Source: Candidatus Obscuribacteraceae bacterium
Lineage (GTDB): Bacteria > Cyanobacteriota > Vampirovibrionia > Obscuribacterales > Obscuribacteraceae
DNA: 64,000 nt
Reading direction: 5' to 3'
NCBI GenBank assembly: GCA_044229845.1
Contig: JBGASG010000006.1
Location: forward strand, 224,001 to 288,000
Positions 48,802 to 58,877 of this stretch are shown piece by piece (positions within the stretch are counted from its first letter, which is position 1; each line of letters starts with the position of its first letter). A program made the translations under genes and the position numbers. The notes beneath the pieces were generated by a model, which saw only the letters and a list, made by a program, of their open reading frames with translations, did not search any database and was not told the origin of the DNA.

Positions 48802-48990
48802 ATGGAACCAGCCCAGATTATCGAAATCGCCCTGCTCGCCTCTGTTTGCATCGGCGCCTGCGCGATCAGCTGGAATTCTCTGCGCAACTGGCGCGGCAGT
48901 CGTTTCCTATGCGATGACTGCCGGTTCAACGATCCAGAGCTATGCAAGAAACGCGAACGCGGGCGCGCACTGATCTGCACGGCGTATGAA
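48802..48990 (+). pseudogene. Small TM + Cys4 (CDDC..C..C) protein lacking its own nearby stop; end approximate
   Basis: First ~63 aa look like a real membrane-anchored Cys-rich protein; the ORF then continues as an antisense shadow to 50016. Confidence 0.4.
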
Positions 48991-50313
48991 TGTATAACGC
49001 CGCCAGCCAGGTTCGCGGATCCATTTAGATTGTCCGTTCTCGTCTTTGCCGTACGCAGCATCTATTTGTTGCTGGTCGCGTTCTTTGATCTGGGCGTACG
49101 CCTCGGGACTGTTCAAATAAAGCTGCGTGCGATACGCCTGGCTGTGGCGGAAGTACGCTTTGGCTTCAGCATCGAATTCCCACGGAGACTCGGGCTGGGT
49201 TTCGTGCAGGTGGGGCATCAAAGCGCGCTCGCGCATCTCCTCGCCCGTCAGGCGGTCGGCCTTGTCCTTGTCGACTTTGTTGCCCTCGGCATCGAGATAA
49301 TTGCCTTTCTCATCACGGCGCTCATATTGCTTGGTGTCGTTGTTCCAGGAATAAAGTTGGTTGTTCTTGGTTTGAACAGCCCATTCGTCCTTGCCGATCT
49401 TTTGATAGCCGAGCTTCTCGTAGTAACCGTCGCCACCATGCTCCTTATCGGAAAAGTCCTGTCCGTGGTGTGCAATCTCGTGTTCGATGACTTTCTGTTT
49501 CGTCGCGGTATCGAACTCCTGCAAGTTCACAGCCCAGAACTCATGCTTACCTGCGAAGAAACCTCCAGTGGCGGCTGCGGGACCGTCAGTGAAGTTAACC
49601 TTGAGGCGCTCATCTTTGTCTCCGGTCAAACTGTCCGGCTGCGAACGATAGAGAGCATCGCTGAGAGTGTCCAGTTCTTCAAAACTCGGTTTGCGCACCG
49701 TATAGGTGTCGTCACCATCCTTGTGCTCTTGTCCGACATTGGTATTGATGTCGACGTTGAATGTATCTTCTACTTCTTTGATGCGCTCATCGCGCTTGCG
49801 CTCCAGCTGCTGCGCATAGTTGCCGTCGGTAGTTGTGAGGACATCGCGCTGCTCGTTGGGTATGCCGTTCTCGTGCGGATGCTCCGGCTTAACTTCGTAG
49901 TAGAAGCGATACTGAATCTGCCCGTCCTTATCGCGGGTCACCTCCACGTCCATATCGAACTTTTTGGCTTCTTTGGTGGCGTCCTTACGGGCGGCCTCAA
50001 GCTCGACGTCACGTGAGGAGTCGCCGCCTTTGCCTGCCTGACCTTCCGGTTTGCAGCTATCGCCCCGTCCTGGCGTTGCTCCATCGCGCGGGTCGAATAT
50101 GTCGAGATGATGGAGGATGTCCTGACCTATCTGTTTCAGGTCATTCAAATTGAGGTGCATGATGTCGGCGAGGGTGGGCAGCTCTCGCACGATCAGCGGC
50201 TGGCTCTGACCACCCTGCGTATTGTCCGACGCCGGCGGAACGATATCGTTGCCGTGGCATTGGACGACTTGCTGGTCAGATGACGCAGACGTGGCAGTCT
50301 TAGAGTCTCCCAA
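48940..50313 (-). CDS. Zincin-type metalloprotease-like protein (HExxH), possible effector
   Basis: IEHEIAHH plus distal ESPWEFDAE; TTG start with GGAGG RBS; acidic low-complexity N-terminus. Confidence 0.7.
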   Translation of the reverse strand: MGDSKTATSASSDQQVVQCHGNDIVPPASDNTQGGQSQPLIVRELPTLADIMHLNLNDLKQIGQDILHHLDIFDPRDGATPGRGDSCKPEGQAGKGGDSSRDVELEAARKDATKEAKKFDMDVEVTRDKDGQIQYRFYYEVKPEHPHENGIPNEQRDVLTTTDGNYAQQLERKRDERIKEVEDTFNVDINTNVGQEHKDGDDTYTVRKPSFEELDTLSDALYRSQPDSLTGDKDERLKVNFTDGPAAATGGFFAGKHEFWAVNLQEFDTATKQKVIEHEIAHHGQDFSDKEHGGDGYYEKLGYQKIGKDEWAVQTKNNQLYSWNNDTKQYERRDEKGNYLDAEGNKVDKDKADRLTGEEMRERALMPHLHETQPESPWEFDAEAKAYFRHSQAYRTQLYLNSPEAYAQIKERDQQQIDAAYGKDENGQSKWIREPGWRRYTFIRRADQCAPAFAFLA

Positions 50314-50807
50314 GGAGCCTCCAGAAAAAGAATAGTAAGGGAGCGAACACGGAGATGATACGGAGCCGCGGGGCTCAGCGAACGAATTGCGGGAAGGGGG
50401 TTTGTGGCAATATAAGCCCATTTCGCGCAGAAGTCAAGAGTCGACTTCTGCACGAATTTTATACCCGGCGGCTTGCTGGCGGGGGCCGCTCGATAGGCAC
50501 CTAGGAAAAAGTTGATCTATACGATAACTCGTGTAAGGCACCGACCTGCGAATGGCAGTGCCCGCAAACCCAGTATTCATGCGCCTTACGCCGCAGATTG
50601 AACTTTTCAGCCCCGGTTTGACCGGTTACCGTATAACGCAACTTTTTTCCAAGCGCCGTTGAGCACCCCCCCGCACCACAGCCGAAGGGTAGACAATCCT
50701 AGCTAAAATCTCCCAAGCAACATTAGCTTTGCAAGAAACCTGTGCAAAACCACTTGCGCGATCGCATTTCCCGTGATACCGCCGGCGGTGGCACCCCGAA
50801 AATGACT

Positions 50808-50848
50808 CAAGCCCCTTGCCGGTTCACCCACCGGGCACAAGGGGCTTG
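50808..50848. other. Strong intergenic hairpin
   Basis: CAAGCCCCTTG (50808-50818) / CAAGGGGCTTG (50838-50848). Confidence 0.6.
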
Positions 50849-51142
50849 CTCCTGTACTTTTACTATCTACCGACCTGCAGGTCACATCTAATGCTTCATC
50901 ATGTATGTCGGGGCTATATTTCAGCTTACCCGCTAGCTAACAGATGGAGAGCTGCGATCATGTAAATACAATAGCAGAGGGATATGCCGATGGGAAGATG
51001 CTTAAGAGAAGATTAAGGTGCTCTTGAGAACACCCACCCGATGGCTACCAGTGACGCTTTCGGGCTTGACAAAAACCCTATGTCTTAGTCCGGATATACG
51101 ATCTACGATAGTTTCCAGACAGCCACTATATGCGGTGCTTAT

Positions 51143-54100
51143 TTATGCACCAGCAGCGGTACCGCCTGCACTGCTCTCGCGTCCCAGCAGATTGAGGAAG
51201 ATTTTCACTAACCGCGGATCCCATTCTTTATTGGCACCATCCGCAATCAGTTTCATCGCCTCTTCCTTCGAAAGCGCTTTGCGATATGGGCGGTCGCTCG
51301 TCATAGCCACGTAGGCATCCGCAAGAGCAACGATGCGCGACTCGAGCGGAATCTCTTCGCCTTTCAATCCTTTCGGATATCCCGTCCCGTCCCAGTGCTC
51401 GTGATACGCTTCGACCACGGACGCCACCCGGAACAAATGCTTCGCCGGCTCCAAAATCTTGGCACCGATAGTCGGTGCAGTTTCGATAATTTTGCGCTCT
51501 TCTTCCGTGAGCGGACCTTTCTTCTGCAATATCTGTTCGTCGACGGCAATCTTGCCGACGTTGTGCAAAATCGCCGCCAGCGAAATGATCGTCGAATGAT
51601 CTTTGGATAAATGCAGCGAAGCCGCAATCCGTGTAGCGTAATCAGCGGCGCGGGGCGACCGCTCGGTTGTGTACGCGTCGCGTGCCTCGATCATTTTAAC
51701 GACGGCGCCGAGAATACCCAGCAATCCGTGTTCGGCAATTAGTTTGAGATCGATGGAAGCGAGTTCTTCCGTCTTCGGTTTCAGGGGGGCATCGCGCTTC
51801 GGTTCCGGGACGGTCTTCTCGCCGCTTTCATCGAGCGTGGGCAAGAGGTCTTCGGACACGGAGCAGACCTGGTTTCTTCCCCGGTGCTTCGCCAGATAGA
51901 GCGCCTGGTCGGCAAGTTCAGTCAGGTGCGCCGCGTCTTGCGCGTCGACCGGATAGGTCGCCACGCCAATCGAAGCGGTAACCGTCCCGATGCCTTCAAC
52001 TTCCTTCTCTCTAATAGATGCGCACATACGGTCGGCAACGATGCGGGCGCCGGCAACATCGGTTTCCGGCAACAGCACCACAAATTCCTCGCCGCCGTAT
52101 CGGGCGGTCGTGTCGACGTCGCGGATGCTCTTCTTCAATACAGCGGCAATATGTTTAATCGCGGCATCACCAAATTGGTGACCGAGCGTATCGTTGATCT
52201 TCTTCAGAAAATCCAGATCGAGAATGATGTACGAGAACGGGTGACCGAATCGTTGGTTACGATCAAGTTCTCGAACCAGCTGTTCCTGGAAATAACGCCT
52301 GTTGTAGAGCCCCGTCATCGGATCGGTGACCGCCTGGCGCTCAACCTGCTCGAATAGTTCTTTGTGTGTTACCACCACCGCCACTCGGTCTGCCAGATCC
52401 TGAATCATCTTCATGTCTTTGACGGCAAACGGGCGGGCGCGCTCGCATGACACCATGCACAGCGCACCTTTGAAGCTTTCGCCCTGTACGAGCGGCACCA
52501 GAGTGATCATTTTGATCATGCCGGGCGGCACGATTTCCAGCGGCGCCAGCTTTTCCCGAATATCATCGGGATAAAGAATGATTATCTGCCCCTTCTGCAA
52601 ATGCTCCATGACCGCTTCAAATAGTTGCTCGGCGAAGTGGGCAGTGAGCGGTTCTTCGGCATTAGTCAGATCGCCGGTGATCTTCGAATTGACGAATGAA
52701 TTGTTTTGCTGATCGAAGAGCGATACCACGCAGAGATCGAGTTTTAAGTGTTCGGTCAGCAAATTGACCAACGTCTCGAAAATCTGATCCAGTTCTTTAA
52801 TAGATTGACGGATTTCTTGGCTGACGCGGTTGATCAACTGTTCGCGAGCGCGGTCGGCGCGTATCTGCGCAATCGCCTGGTCGGCACGAATAATGCTGGC
52901 CAGGTTACCGGCGATGGTCAATGCCAGTTCTCTATCCTGCGCGCGAAATGCGGATGTGCCGGGCGAGCGCTCCCACAATCCCAGAACGCCCAGGCGCTCG
53001 CCTTCCGACAAAAGCGGCACGATCAGCGCGGTGTCATGTCCGAAGAATGGATCGCCTTTGCGCGTGTATTCTGCGTTGACGACTTTACCGCGACCGGATT
53101 CGAAGACCTGCACAAATGGATTGTCTTTGGCCGAGAGATCGACGGTTTCAGACTGGCTGGAATCAGCCATTTGCGATTGCAGATTTTGCTCTTCTTCATT
53201 GAATAAATAGATCTGCGAATGCGTGAAGCCCATGTGCTCCGCCACCAGCATAACTGACTTGGCGAGCGTGTCCTGGCTGCGCTGACCTTTGGATTCTCTG
53301 AACAGGGACGAGATCTCGTTGATGAGTTTCATCTCGTCGGCGTCTTGCTCGATCTTGGATAAGTCGAATGCTTGTTGGACGACGAAGGACAGTACTTCTG
53401 CGACGCTTTGCAGAATAGCTGCGTCTTCTTCCGACCAATCGCGCGTTGAAGAGCACTGCTGCAGTTCTAGAAACCCGCTGAATATGCCGCGGCAACGCAA
53501 CTGGGCAACCAGACGGGCTTTCACGCCGCCAAGTTCGACCAGTGACGCCAACGTCGGCGACATTTTGTGCAGCTTCTGATCCTGTCCCGTGTCGGGGTTT
53601 CCGATAACGCCCGTGCCGCCCTCGTCCGGGAAGCGCGAGAGGAAGTCCAACACGATTGCGGTTGATTCTTGCGAACCGAGGTTGGTGCCGCTGAAGCAAG
53701 TGTGCCCGTTCGGCGCGTGTTCGTTGGTGACTGTCAGCTGGTCGCCGACGACCTGCCAGATCAAACCGCGGTCGGCATGACTGACGTCCGTCAGCCCTTC
53801 AATCGTCATCTGCAAAATCGACGACAGGTCACTGGAGTGACGCAGTTGCCCGACGATATCGCGAATAATCTTCTGGGCGTCGGGCGGAAACACAATCCGC
53901 TCTTCGTCCGATATATTTGTCCAGACCTGCCGCAGGTCCTTCAGTGCTTTGTTGTCGCGTTTTTGCTTGGACTTGTCTTTGTCCTTATCCTTGTCTTTAG
54001 GCGGCGCCGGAACACTGAGTCCTGATACCGGATCTGGTGCCGTATCAGGAGGCACAATCGGTCCATCTTCCGAGGACATCTGAGTCAGATCGACATAGCG

Positions 54101-54781
54101 CGCATTCGCTTCAGGTGTTTCGTTGTGCCCGTCACCATTGCCGTTTTTCACCGGAATCACAGGCAAGGGCGGCGGCTGTGTTGCCGTCGCTGTCGCAGTC
54201 GAAGTCTTCACTTCGCCTCCGGCTTTAATCACCGGCCAGGCAACCCGCGCTTCCTGCACGAATTGCGCGGAACTGTTGGCTGCGGCAGCATTGGCGCGGG
54301 CATCTTCCAGATTGTTCGCCTCCGGCAGATCGACGAACTGCCAGAGAGGAAACATCAGCTGGTAGGCGCGGCGCACCGTCAGGGGATCACAGGAGCCCAC
54401 GCACTGGAACGTTCCCCGGGAGTCGTCTTCGCCGCCGGCATTGTCGAGCTCGCGACCGTAGAGGACCAGGCACAAAGATTTGCTCTCCACCATGAAGCAA
54501 AACTCGTCATGCTTGTCTTGCCTGTCTTCGGAAAACATTGAGACACAAAAGGCATCGGTCATCAGCTGGCGGTAACCTGGACCTTCTGGAAGCAGGCGGC
54601 GCGCGCTGCGGCTGGACCAGAATGTAAAAATCGGAGACCATCCCTGTTTCAGGACCATTCCCTCGATTTTGCGAATGAAAAGCAGAAACAATTCGGGCGG
54701 CAAATGGCTCACTGCCAGCGATCCGGGGCCGGACTGCTGGACGAGCATCATGAAAAGTTGGGAGCGGTCTCTATCAGCCAT
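51143..54781 (-). CDS. Multi-GAF diguanylate cyclase with C-terminal HD-GYP domain and DICT-like N-terminus
   Basis: TDPMTGLYNRR, DLDFLKKIND, RYGGEEF with RxxD I-site; HEHWDGTGYP; three GAF-like repeats. Confidence 0.92.
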   Translation of the reverse strand: MADRDRSQLFMMLVQQSGPGSLAVSHLPPELFLLFIRKIEGMVLKQGWSPIFTFWSSRSARRLLPEGPGYRQLMTDAFCVSMFSEDRQDKHDEFCFMVESKSLCLVLYGRELDNAGGEDDSRGTFQCVGSCDPLTVRRAYQLMFPLWQFVDLPEANNLEDARANAAAANSSAQFVQEARVAWPVIKAGGEVKTSTATATATQPPPLPVIPVKNGNGDGHNETPEANARYVDLTQMSSEDGPIVPPDTAPDPVSGLSVPAPPKDKDKDKDKSKQKRDNKALKDLRQVWTNISDEERIVFPPDAQKIIRDIVGQLRHSSDLSSILQMTIEGLTDVSHADRGLIWQVVGDQLTVTNEHAPNGHTCFSGTNLGSQESTAIVLDFLSRFPDEGGTGVIGNPDTGQDQKLHKMSPTLASLVELGGVKARLVAQLRCRGIFSGFLELQQCSSTRDWSEEDAAILQSVAEVLSFVVQQAFDLSKIEQDADEMKLINEISSLFRESKGQRSQDTLAKSVMLVAEHMGFTHSQIYLFNEEEQNLQSQMADSSQSETVDLSAKDNPFVQVFESGRGKVVNAEYTRKGDPFFGHDTALIVPLLSEGERLGVLGLWERSPGTSAFRAQDRELALTIAGNLASIIRADQAIAQIRADRAREQLINRVSQEIRQSIKELDQIFETLVNLLTEHLKLDLCVVSLFDQQNNSFVNSKITGDLTNAEEPLTAHFAEQLFEAVMEHLQKGQIIILYPDDIREKLAPLEIVPPGMIKMITLVPLVQGESFKGALCMVSCERARPFAVKDMKMIQDLADRVAVVVTHKELFEQVERQAVTDPMTGLYNRRYFQEQLVRELDRNQRFGHPFSYIILDLDFLKKINDTLGHQFGDAAIKHIAAVLKKSIRDVDTTARYGGEEFVVLLPETDVAGARIVADRMCASIREKEVEGIGTVTASIGVATYPVDAQDAAHLTELADQALYLAKHRGRNQVCSVSEDLLPTLDESGEKTVPEPKRDAPLKPKTEELASIDLKLIAEHGLLGILGAVVKMIEARDAYTTERSPRAADYATRIAASLHLSKDHSTIISLAAILHNVGKIAVDEQILQKKGPLTEEERKIIETAPTIGAKILEPAKHLFRVASVVEAYHEHWDGTGYPKGLKGEEIPLESRIVALADAYVAMTSDRPYRKALSKEEAMKLIADGANKEWDPRLVKIFLNLLGRESSAGGTAAGA

Positions 54782-54975
54782 CTGTGAGTAACCAGGCGAG
54801 CTTCCCCGCCGTTTCCTGCATCCCCCATTTCTTCTGTTACCCGGCTTTCCAGCCCACTAACCATTAGCTATAGATATGGCCTTAATACTAATTACCTGAG
54901 ACTTGTCCCGAACATGGAAAACGGGCGACAATGGGTCCTTTCCGTCTTTTGTAATGCCTGGGGGCGCCACTGGCT

Positions 54976-55626
54976 TTGGACCCGAAGATTTACCAGGAAA
55001 ATGTCGATTTTTGGGACAGGGCTTGGAAACCAGTCAAGACCCCGTACACCCAGATGCCCGACCTGCCTTACATCGAGAAGGTCCCGTATCGGCTCAATGC
55101 CGCAAAATGTCAGCAGGTGCTCGATTTAGGCTGCGGAAGCGGCTGGCTGTCGATTTTTCTGGGCAGGGCCGGAATCAACGTACTGGGCGTTGACATCGCC
55201 GACCAGGCCATTAATTTAGCCCGCGCCTGGGCAGAGCAGGAAGATCTCGTTCACGTTAAGTTCGAGGTCGGGGATATTTCGTCGATGAACTACAAGCCGG
55301 GTTCATTTGATGCGGTCGTCGCCAACTCGATTTTTGAACACCTGCCACACGACATGGCCGACCGGACGCTCAGTGACTTATACAAAATTTTGAAACCGGG
55401 CGGTCTGCTTTTCGCCTGCTTCGACAAGGTCGGCGGTGGACCCGGTGAGTATTACGAACTGGAAGACGGCACGCACGTCTACACGGACAAAGGTCGCAAG
55501 GGCATGCTGCTGCGCTACTTCAGCGATGATGAATTGCGCGAGCTGCTCGACGATTGGGTGATCGAATCGTTTGACACCATAGAAAGTGGCAGTCGCATCG
55601 TCTGGGCGAGCACCCGCGAAGGCTAG
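54976..55626 (+). CDS. Class I SAM-dependent methyltransferase
   Basis: VLDLGCGSG, GVD, FDAV, LKPGG. Confidence 0.88.
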   Translation: MDPKIYQENVDFWDRAWKPVKTPYTQMPDLPYIEKVPYRLNAAKCQQVLDLGCGSGWLSIFLGRAGINVLGVDIADQAINLARAWAEQEDLVHVKFEVGDISSMNYKPGSFDAVVANSIFEHLPHDMADRTLSDLYKILKPGGLLFACFDKVGGGPGEYYELEDGTHVYTDKGRKGMLLRYFSDDELRELLDDWVIESFDTIESGSRIVWASTREG

Positions 55627-56744
55627 TTCTCTTCGGTATCAGATGCGGTGCGCGCCAGTACCTGCACTGAACGATAGGGAATCGATGCAAAGACATCGGT
55701 GTCTTCCAAGAACTCGTTGCCTGGCTCATTGCGGCAGAGCGCGGTCAACTTCACGTCCTCCGTCACGCGCAATTTGTATTCGCTAACCGTGCCCTGATAG
55801 CTGCAAGTGGTGATCCGCACCGGCAAGCGATTGCCACTGCCTGCGATACTGTCATTATCGGTATGCAGATGCACATCATTAGAGCGAATCCAGATATCCA
55901 CATCACTGCCGGTGGTGACAGGAAAGGACGGTGCGACGGCCGTAAGCTCGACCGAGTTCTTAACCTTAACCCGCACCAGTTGGCTTTCCACGTCGATAAC
56001 CGTGCCACTGAAAACGTTGGTTTCGCCGATGAAGTCGGCAACAAAAATCGTGCGCGGATACTCGTAAATCTCTTGGGGCGTTCCCAATTGCTCGAGATGA
56101 CCAGCCGACAAGACTGCGATCTTGTCGGATAACGCCAGCGCTTCCGATTGATCGTGGGTGACCATCACGAATGTAATGTCGAGGTTCTTTTTAAAGCGCG
56201 CCAGTTCTTCCTGCATCTCATCGCGCACTTTCGGATCCAGCGCCGAGAGCGGTTCATCGAGGAGCAGCACCGAGGGACGGTTGACGATGGCGCGCGCGAA
56301 GGCGACGCGTTGCTGTTGTCCGCCCGATAGTTCGCGCGGATAGCGATCTTCTTTGCCTTTGAGGCGCACCAGGTCGAGCGCCCATTTGACCCGCTCCGGA
56401 ATCTCCGCCGGCGGACAGGACTTTTGCACCTTCAAGCCGAACGCAATATTGTCCACTACGTTCAAATGCGGAAAGAGCGCGTAGCTCTGGAACACCATAT
56501 TGACCGGACGCCGGTGCGCAGGCACTTTCGCCATGTCCTTGCCGGCGATGAACACTTGCCCGCGTGTCGGGAACTCGAAGCCGGCAATCATTCGCAAGAG
56601 CGTTGTTTTGCCGCAGCCCGACGGACCCAGCAACGAAAAGAAATCGCCGGCATCGATATCGATGCTGACGTCTTTGACCGCGGTCATGCCCCCGAAGTCT
56701 TTACTGACGTCAACGATTCTGACGGCCTTATCTGCTTGGCTCAA
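55623..56744 (-). CDS. potA: Polyamine ABC transporter ATP-binding subunit
   Basis: GPSGCGKT, FQSYALFPH, LSGGQQQR, LLDEP, VTHDQ, TOBE tail. Confidence 0.85.
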   Translation of the reverse strand: MSQADKAVRIVDVSKDFGGMTAVKDVSIDIDAGDFFSLLGPSGCGKTTLLRMIAGFEFPTRGQVFIAGKDMAKVPAHRRPVNMVFQSYALFPHLNVVDNIAFGLKVQKSCPPAEIPERVKWALDLVRLKGKEDRYPRELSGGQQQRVAFARAIVNRPSVLLLDEPLSALDPKVRDEMQEELARFKKNLDITFVMVTHDQSEALALSDKIAVLSAGHLEQLGTPQEIYEYPRTIFVADFIGETNVFSGTVIDVESQLVRVKVKNSVELTAVAPSFPVTTGSDVDIWIRSNDVHLHTDNDSIAGSGNRLPVRITTCSYQGTVSEYKLRVTEDVKLTALCRNEPGNEFLEDTDVFASIPYRSVQVLARTASDTEEN

Positions 56745-58372
56745 CTGCCGGACTTTCCTTTCATGTCCCGAATGAGAAATGCGATTTGCAAATTTAGCAG
56801 AACTTCCGGCGAATCGATGTCAACTTTCAAGATGTCGGCAATTTGCTCGAGCCGATACCGCATCGTATGGCGGTGGATAAACAGCGCCTTGGCAGCGGAG
56901 TTGAGATTGGCGCCCTGTTGCAGGTAGACGCGCAGAGTCTCTACCAGTTCGCTTTCCCATTCGGTATCGTAGGACTCAAGAGGGGCCAGGCTTTCTTCGT
57001 AAAACCGGTCCAGCTCATAATGGTCGATGAGCAGATAGAGCAAGCGCTTGATGCCCAGGTCACCGTAGCCGAGCACGAATTCCTTGCCGGGATGAATTGT
57101 GGAACCGATGATCAGCGCCTGCCGCGCCTCTCGATAAGAATCCGAGACATCCAGCAATGTGGCGGCCAGGCGCCCGGCGCCGACCTGCACGACCAGCTCG
57201 GGTTTACGAGCTTTCAGTGAAGAAACCAACTTGTCGGCTTCCTGCTGCCAGGTGGTGCCGTTCTTGGCGTGATATGGCAGGACGAAAACTCGTTGCGCTT
57301 CCACCTCGACCCAGGCAATCGATTCATCTAAAGGCGCCAGCGCTTCCTTGGCGGACTGCTCGGGGATCATATTGAGCGCGTAGATCAAAAATCCATCGCA
57401 CAGATCAAAGCCGTATTGCTGCTCCAGACGTTCTTGATCACCGGTGGAAACAACCCTTCCCGAAATCAAATCTTTGAGCAGTCCGCGATGCGTGGCGGCA
57501 AACGTGGACACCTCACGGCGCCTGTGACTGAAGTCGACCAGTGTGGCCAGCGCCGCCGGTCCCAGGTATTCGGAGATGCCGGTCACATCATCGGAGGGAC
57601 GGATCATAACGGAGAGATAGCCGACCACAACGCCTTCGAACAAAATGGGCATCACCAGCCGGCGCCCGATGCGCACAGGCTGTTCAGGAAACACCGTCGG
57701 CTCGTCTTCTTGCGAACGCCACTGGCGATTGATTTCGTCCGCGATTTCTTCGGTGAGCACCTTCTGTTGATTGAGCGGTGTTGGTCCCAAATTCTCGGCT
57801 GCCAGAATTTTGAAGTCGGTGTCTTCCACCGCCACCGGGCGGTTGATGATGCGGGACAACTCCTCCACCAGGGATGAGAGACCGCCCTCCAGAACCAGCG
57901 AAACAAAGTATTGATGCAGTCTCGACGAAGCTTTCTTGATCTCGCTGAGAAACGCTCCGCGCACTTCATCCACGATCCCCGAGGCATCACCAATGCCGGA
58001 CAGTGCAATCAGGGGAGTTTTGGCCGCGACGCAATGCTGCTGCAGGCGCTCCAGTTCTATATCGACACCGACGGATTGCTGCGACGGCCTGACCGCGCCG
58101 CCCGATCCGACACTGGCTAAAGCCGCCTGCGGTGCCGGTTTGACGACCAGCAGGCCGGCCAGCTCCTTGAGCTGCGCGGAGTCGGCGATCACGATATCTT
58201 CGGCGCGTGACACAACCAGCGTGCCGGGACGCGCGCTGGTCATGCCGGAAACAACCTGTGCCACCTGGCGATCGAGCAACTCATCGCCATAGACGACACT
58301 GGCTTCCGACAACGCTTCCGCGCTAAGCAACTGGCGCAGAGTTGGCTGTAGAACTACGCGACCCGCAGTCAT
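56741..58372 (-). CDS. PucR/CdaR-family transcriptional regulator
   Basis: C-terminal AAKALFIHRHTMRYRL HTH; SYREA; GAF-like middle. Confidence 0.9.
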   Translation of the reverse strand: MTAGRVVLQPTLRQLLSAEALSEASVVYGDELLDRQVAQVVSGMTSARPGTLVVSRAEDIVIADSAQLKELAGLLVVKPAPQAALASVGSGGAVRPSQQSVGVDIELERLQQHCVAAKTPLIALSGIGDASGIVDEVRGAFLSEIKKASSRLHQYFVSLVLEGGLSSLVEELSRIINRPVAVEDTDFKILAAENLGPTPLNQQKVLTEEIADEINRQWRSQEDEPTVFPEQPVRIGRRLVMPILFEGVVVGYLSVMIRPSDDVTGISEYLGPAALATLVDFSHRRREVSTFAATHRGLLKDLISGRVVSTGDQERLEQQYGFDLCDGFLIYALNMIPEQSAKEALAPLDESIAWVEVEAQRVFVLPYHAKNGTTWQQEADKLVSSLKARKPELVVQVGAGRLAATLLDVSDSYREARQALIIGSTIHPGKEFVLGYGDLGIKRLLYLLIDHYELDRFYEESLAPLESYDTEWESELVETLRVYLQQGANLNSAAKALFIHRHTMRYRLEQIADILKVDIDSPEVLLNLQIAFLIRDMKGKSGS

Positions 58373-58632
58373 AAGTACATCACTTGCAATTACTACTTCA
58401 ATTGTAATACGCCGACATTACCAGCCAGCCCCGCGGGCTGCTGACAACCCAACCGTCCTTCTCGGACATAGGCATCTGTCGTCATAGAGACGGCTTTTCA
58501 TTAAACTGACAAATTTTTCACGTGGCCCTATTGAGCTTGGCAACCGTTTTCGGCAGAATTAATTCACCTTCATCCACTTGGCTCCGGTCACCCCATGCGC
58601 GTTGTCCACGCAGCATCTAGAAAGACGCACCC

Positions 58633-58797
58633 ATGAAACCCTACGTCAAATCCTTCGAGGACCGCCTGATCGGCATCTTCGAACAGAAAGCCGAAGAGTT
58701 CAGCCGTTTCGCAGAAGAAAGACCCCAGACCGCCATCGTTACTAATCAGCTCGCCGGACTTTATCGTGACCTCGTCGCTTCCATGCGTAAGTCCTAA
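58633..58797 (+). CDS. Small 54-aa protein not in the ORF track
   Basis: MKPYVKSFEDRLIGIFEQKAEEFSRFAEERPQTAIVTNQLAGLYRDLVASMRKS*; strongly C-ending codons; tandem TAA G TAA; followed by a terminator. Confidence 0.75.
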   Translation: MKPYVKSFEDRLIGIFEQKAEEFSRFAEERPQTAIVTNQLAGLYRDLVASMRKS

Positions 58798-58825
58798 GTA
58801 ATCCTCCAAAATCCACACTGCTTCA

Positions 58826-58852
58826 AAAAAGGGCGCACTTTGCGCCCTTTTT
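58826..58852 (+). terminator. Intrinsic (bidirectional) terminator
   Basis: AAAAAGGGCGCA-CTT-TGCGCCCTTTTT. Confidence 0.85.
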
Positions 58853-58877
58853 GCATCGCCGCCCCGTCTCACACCCC

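Noticed and set aside
48991..50016. 408-aa hydrophobic membrane protein
   Set aside because: Beyond about residue 65 it is the antisense shadow of the hydrophilic zincin-like gene.
50314..51142. oriC or dif site
   Set aside because: At most one DnaA-box-like 9-mer, no cluster, and no convincing XerC/XerD arms.
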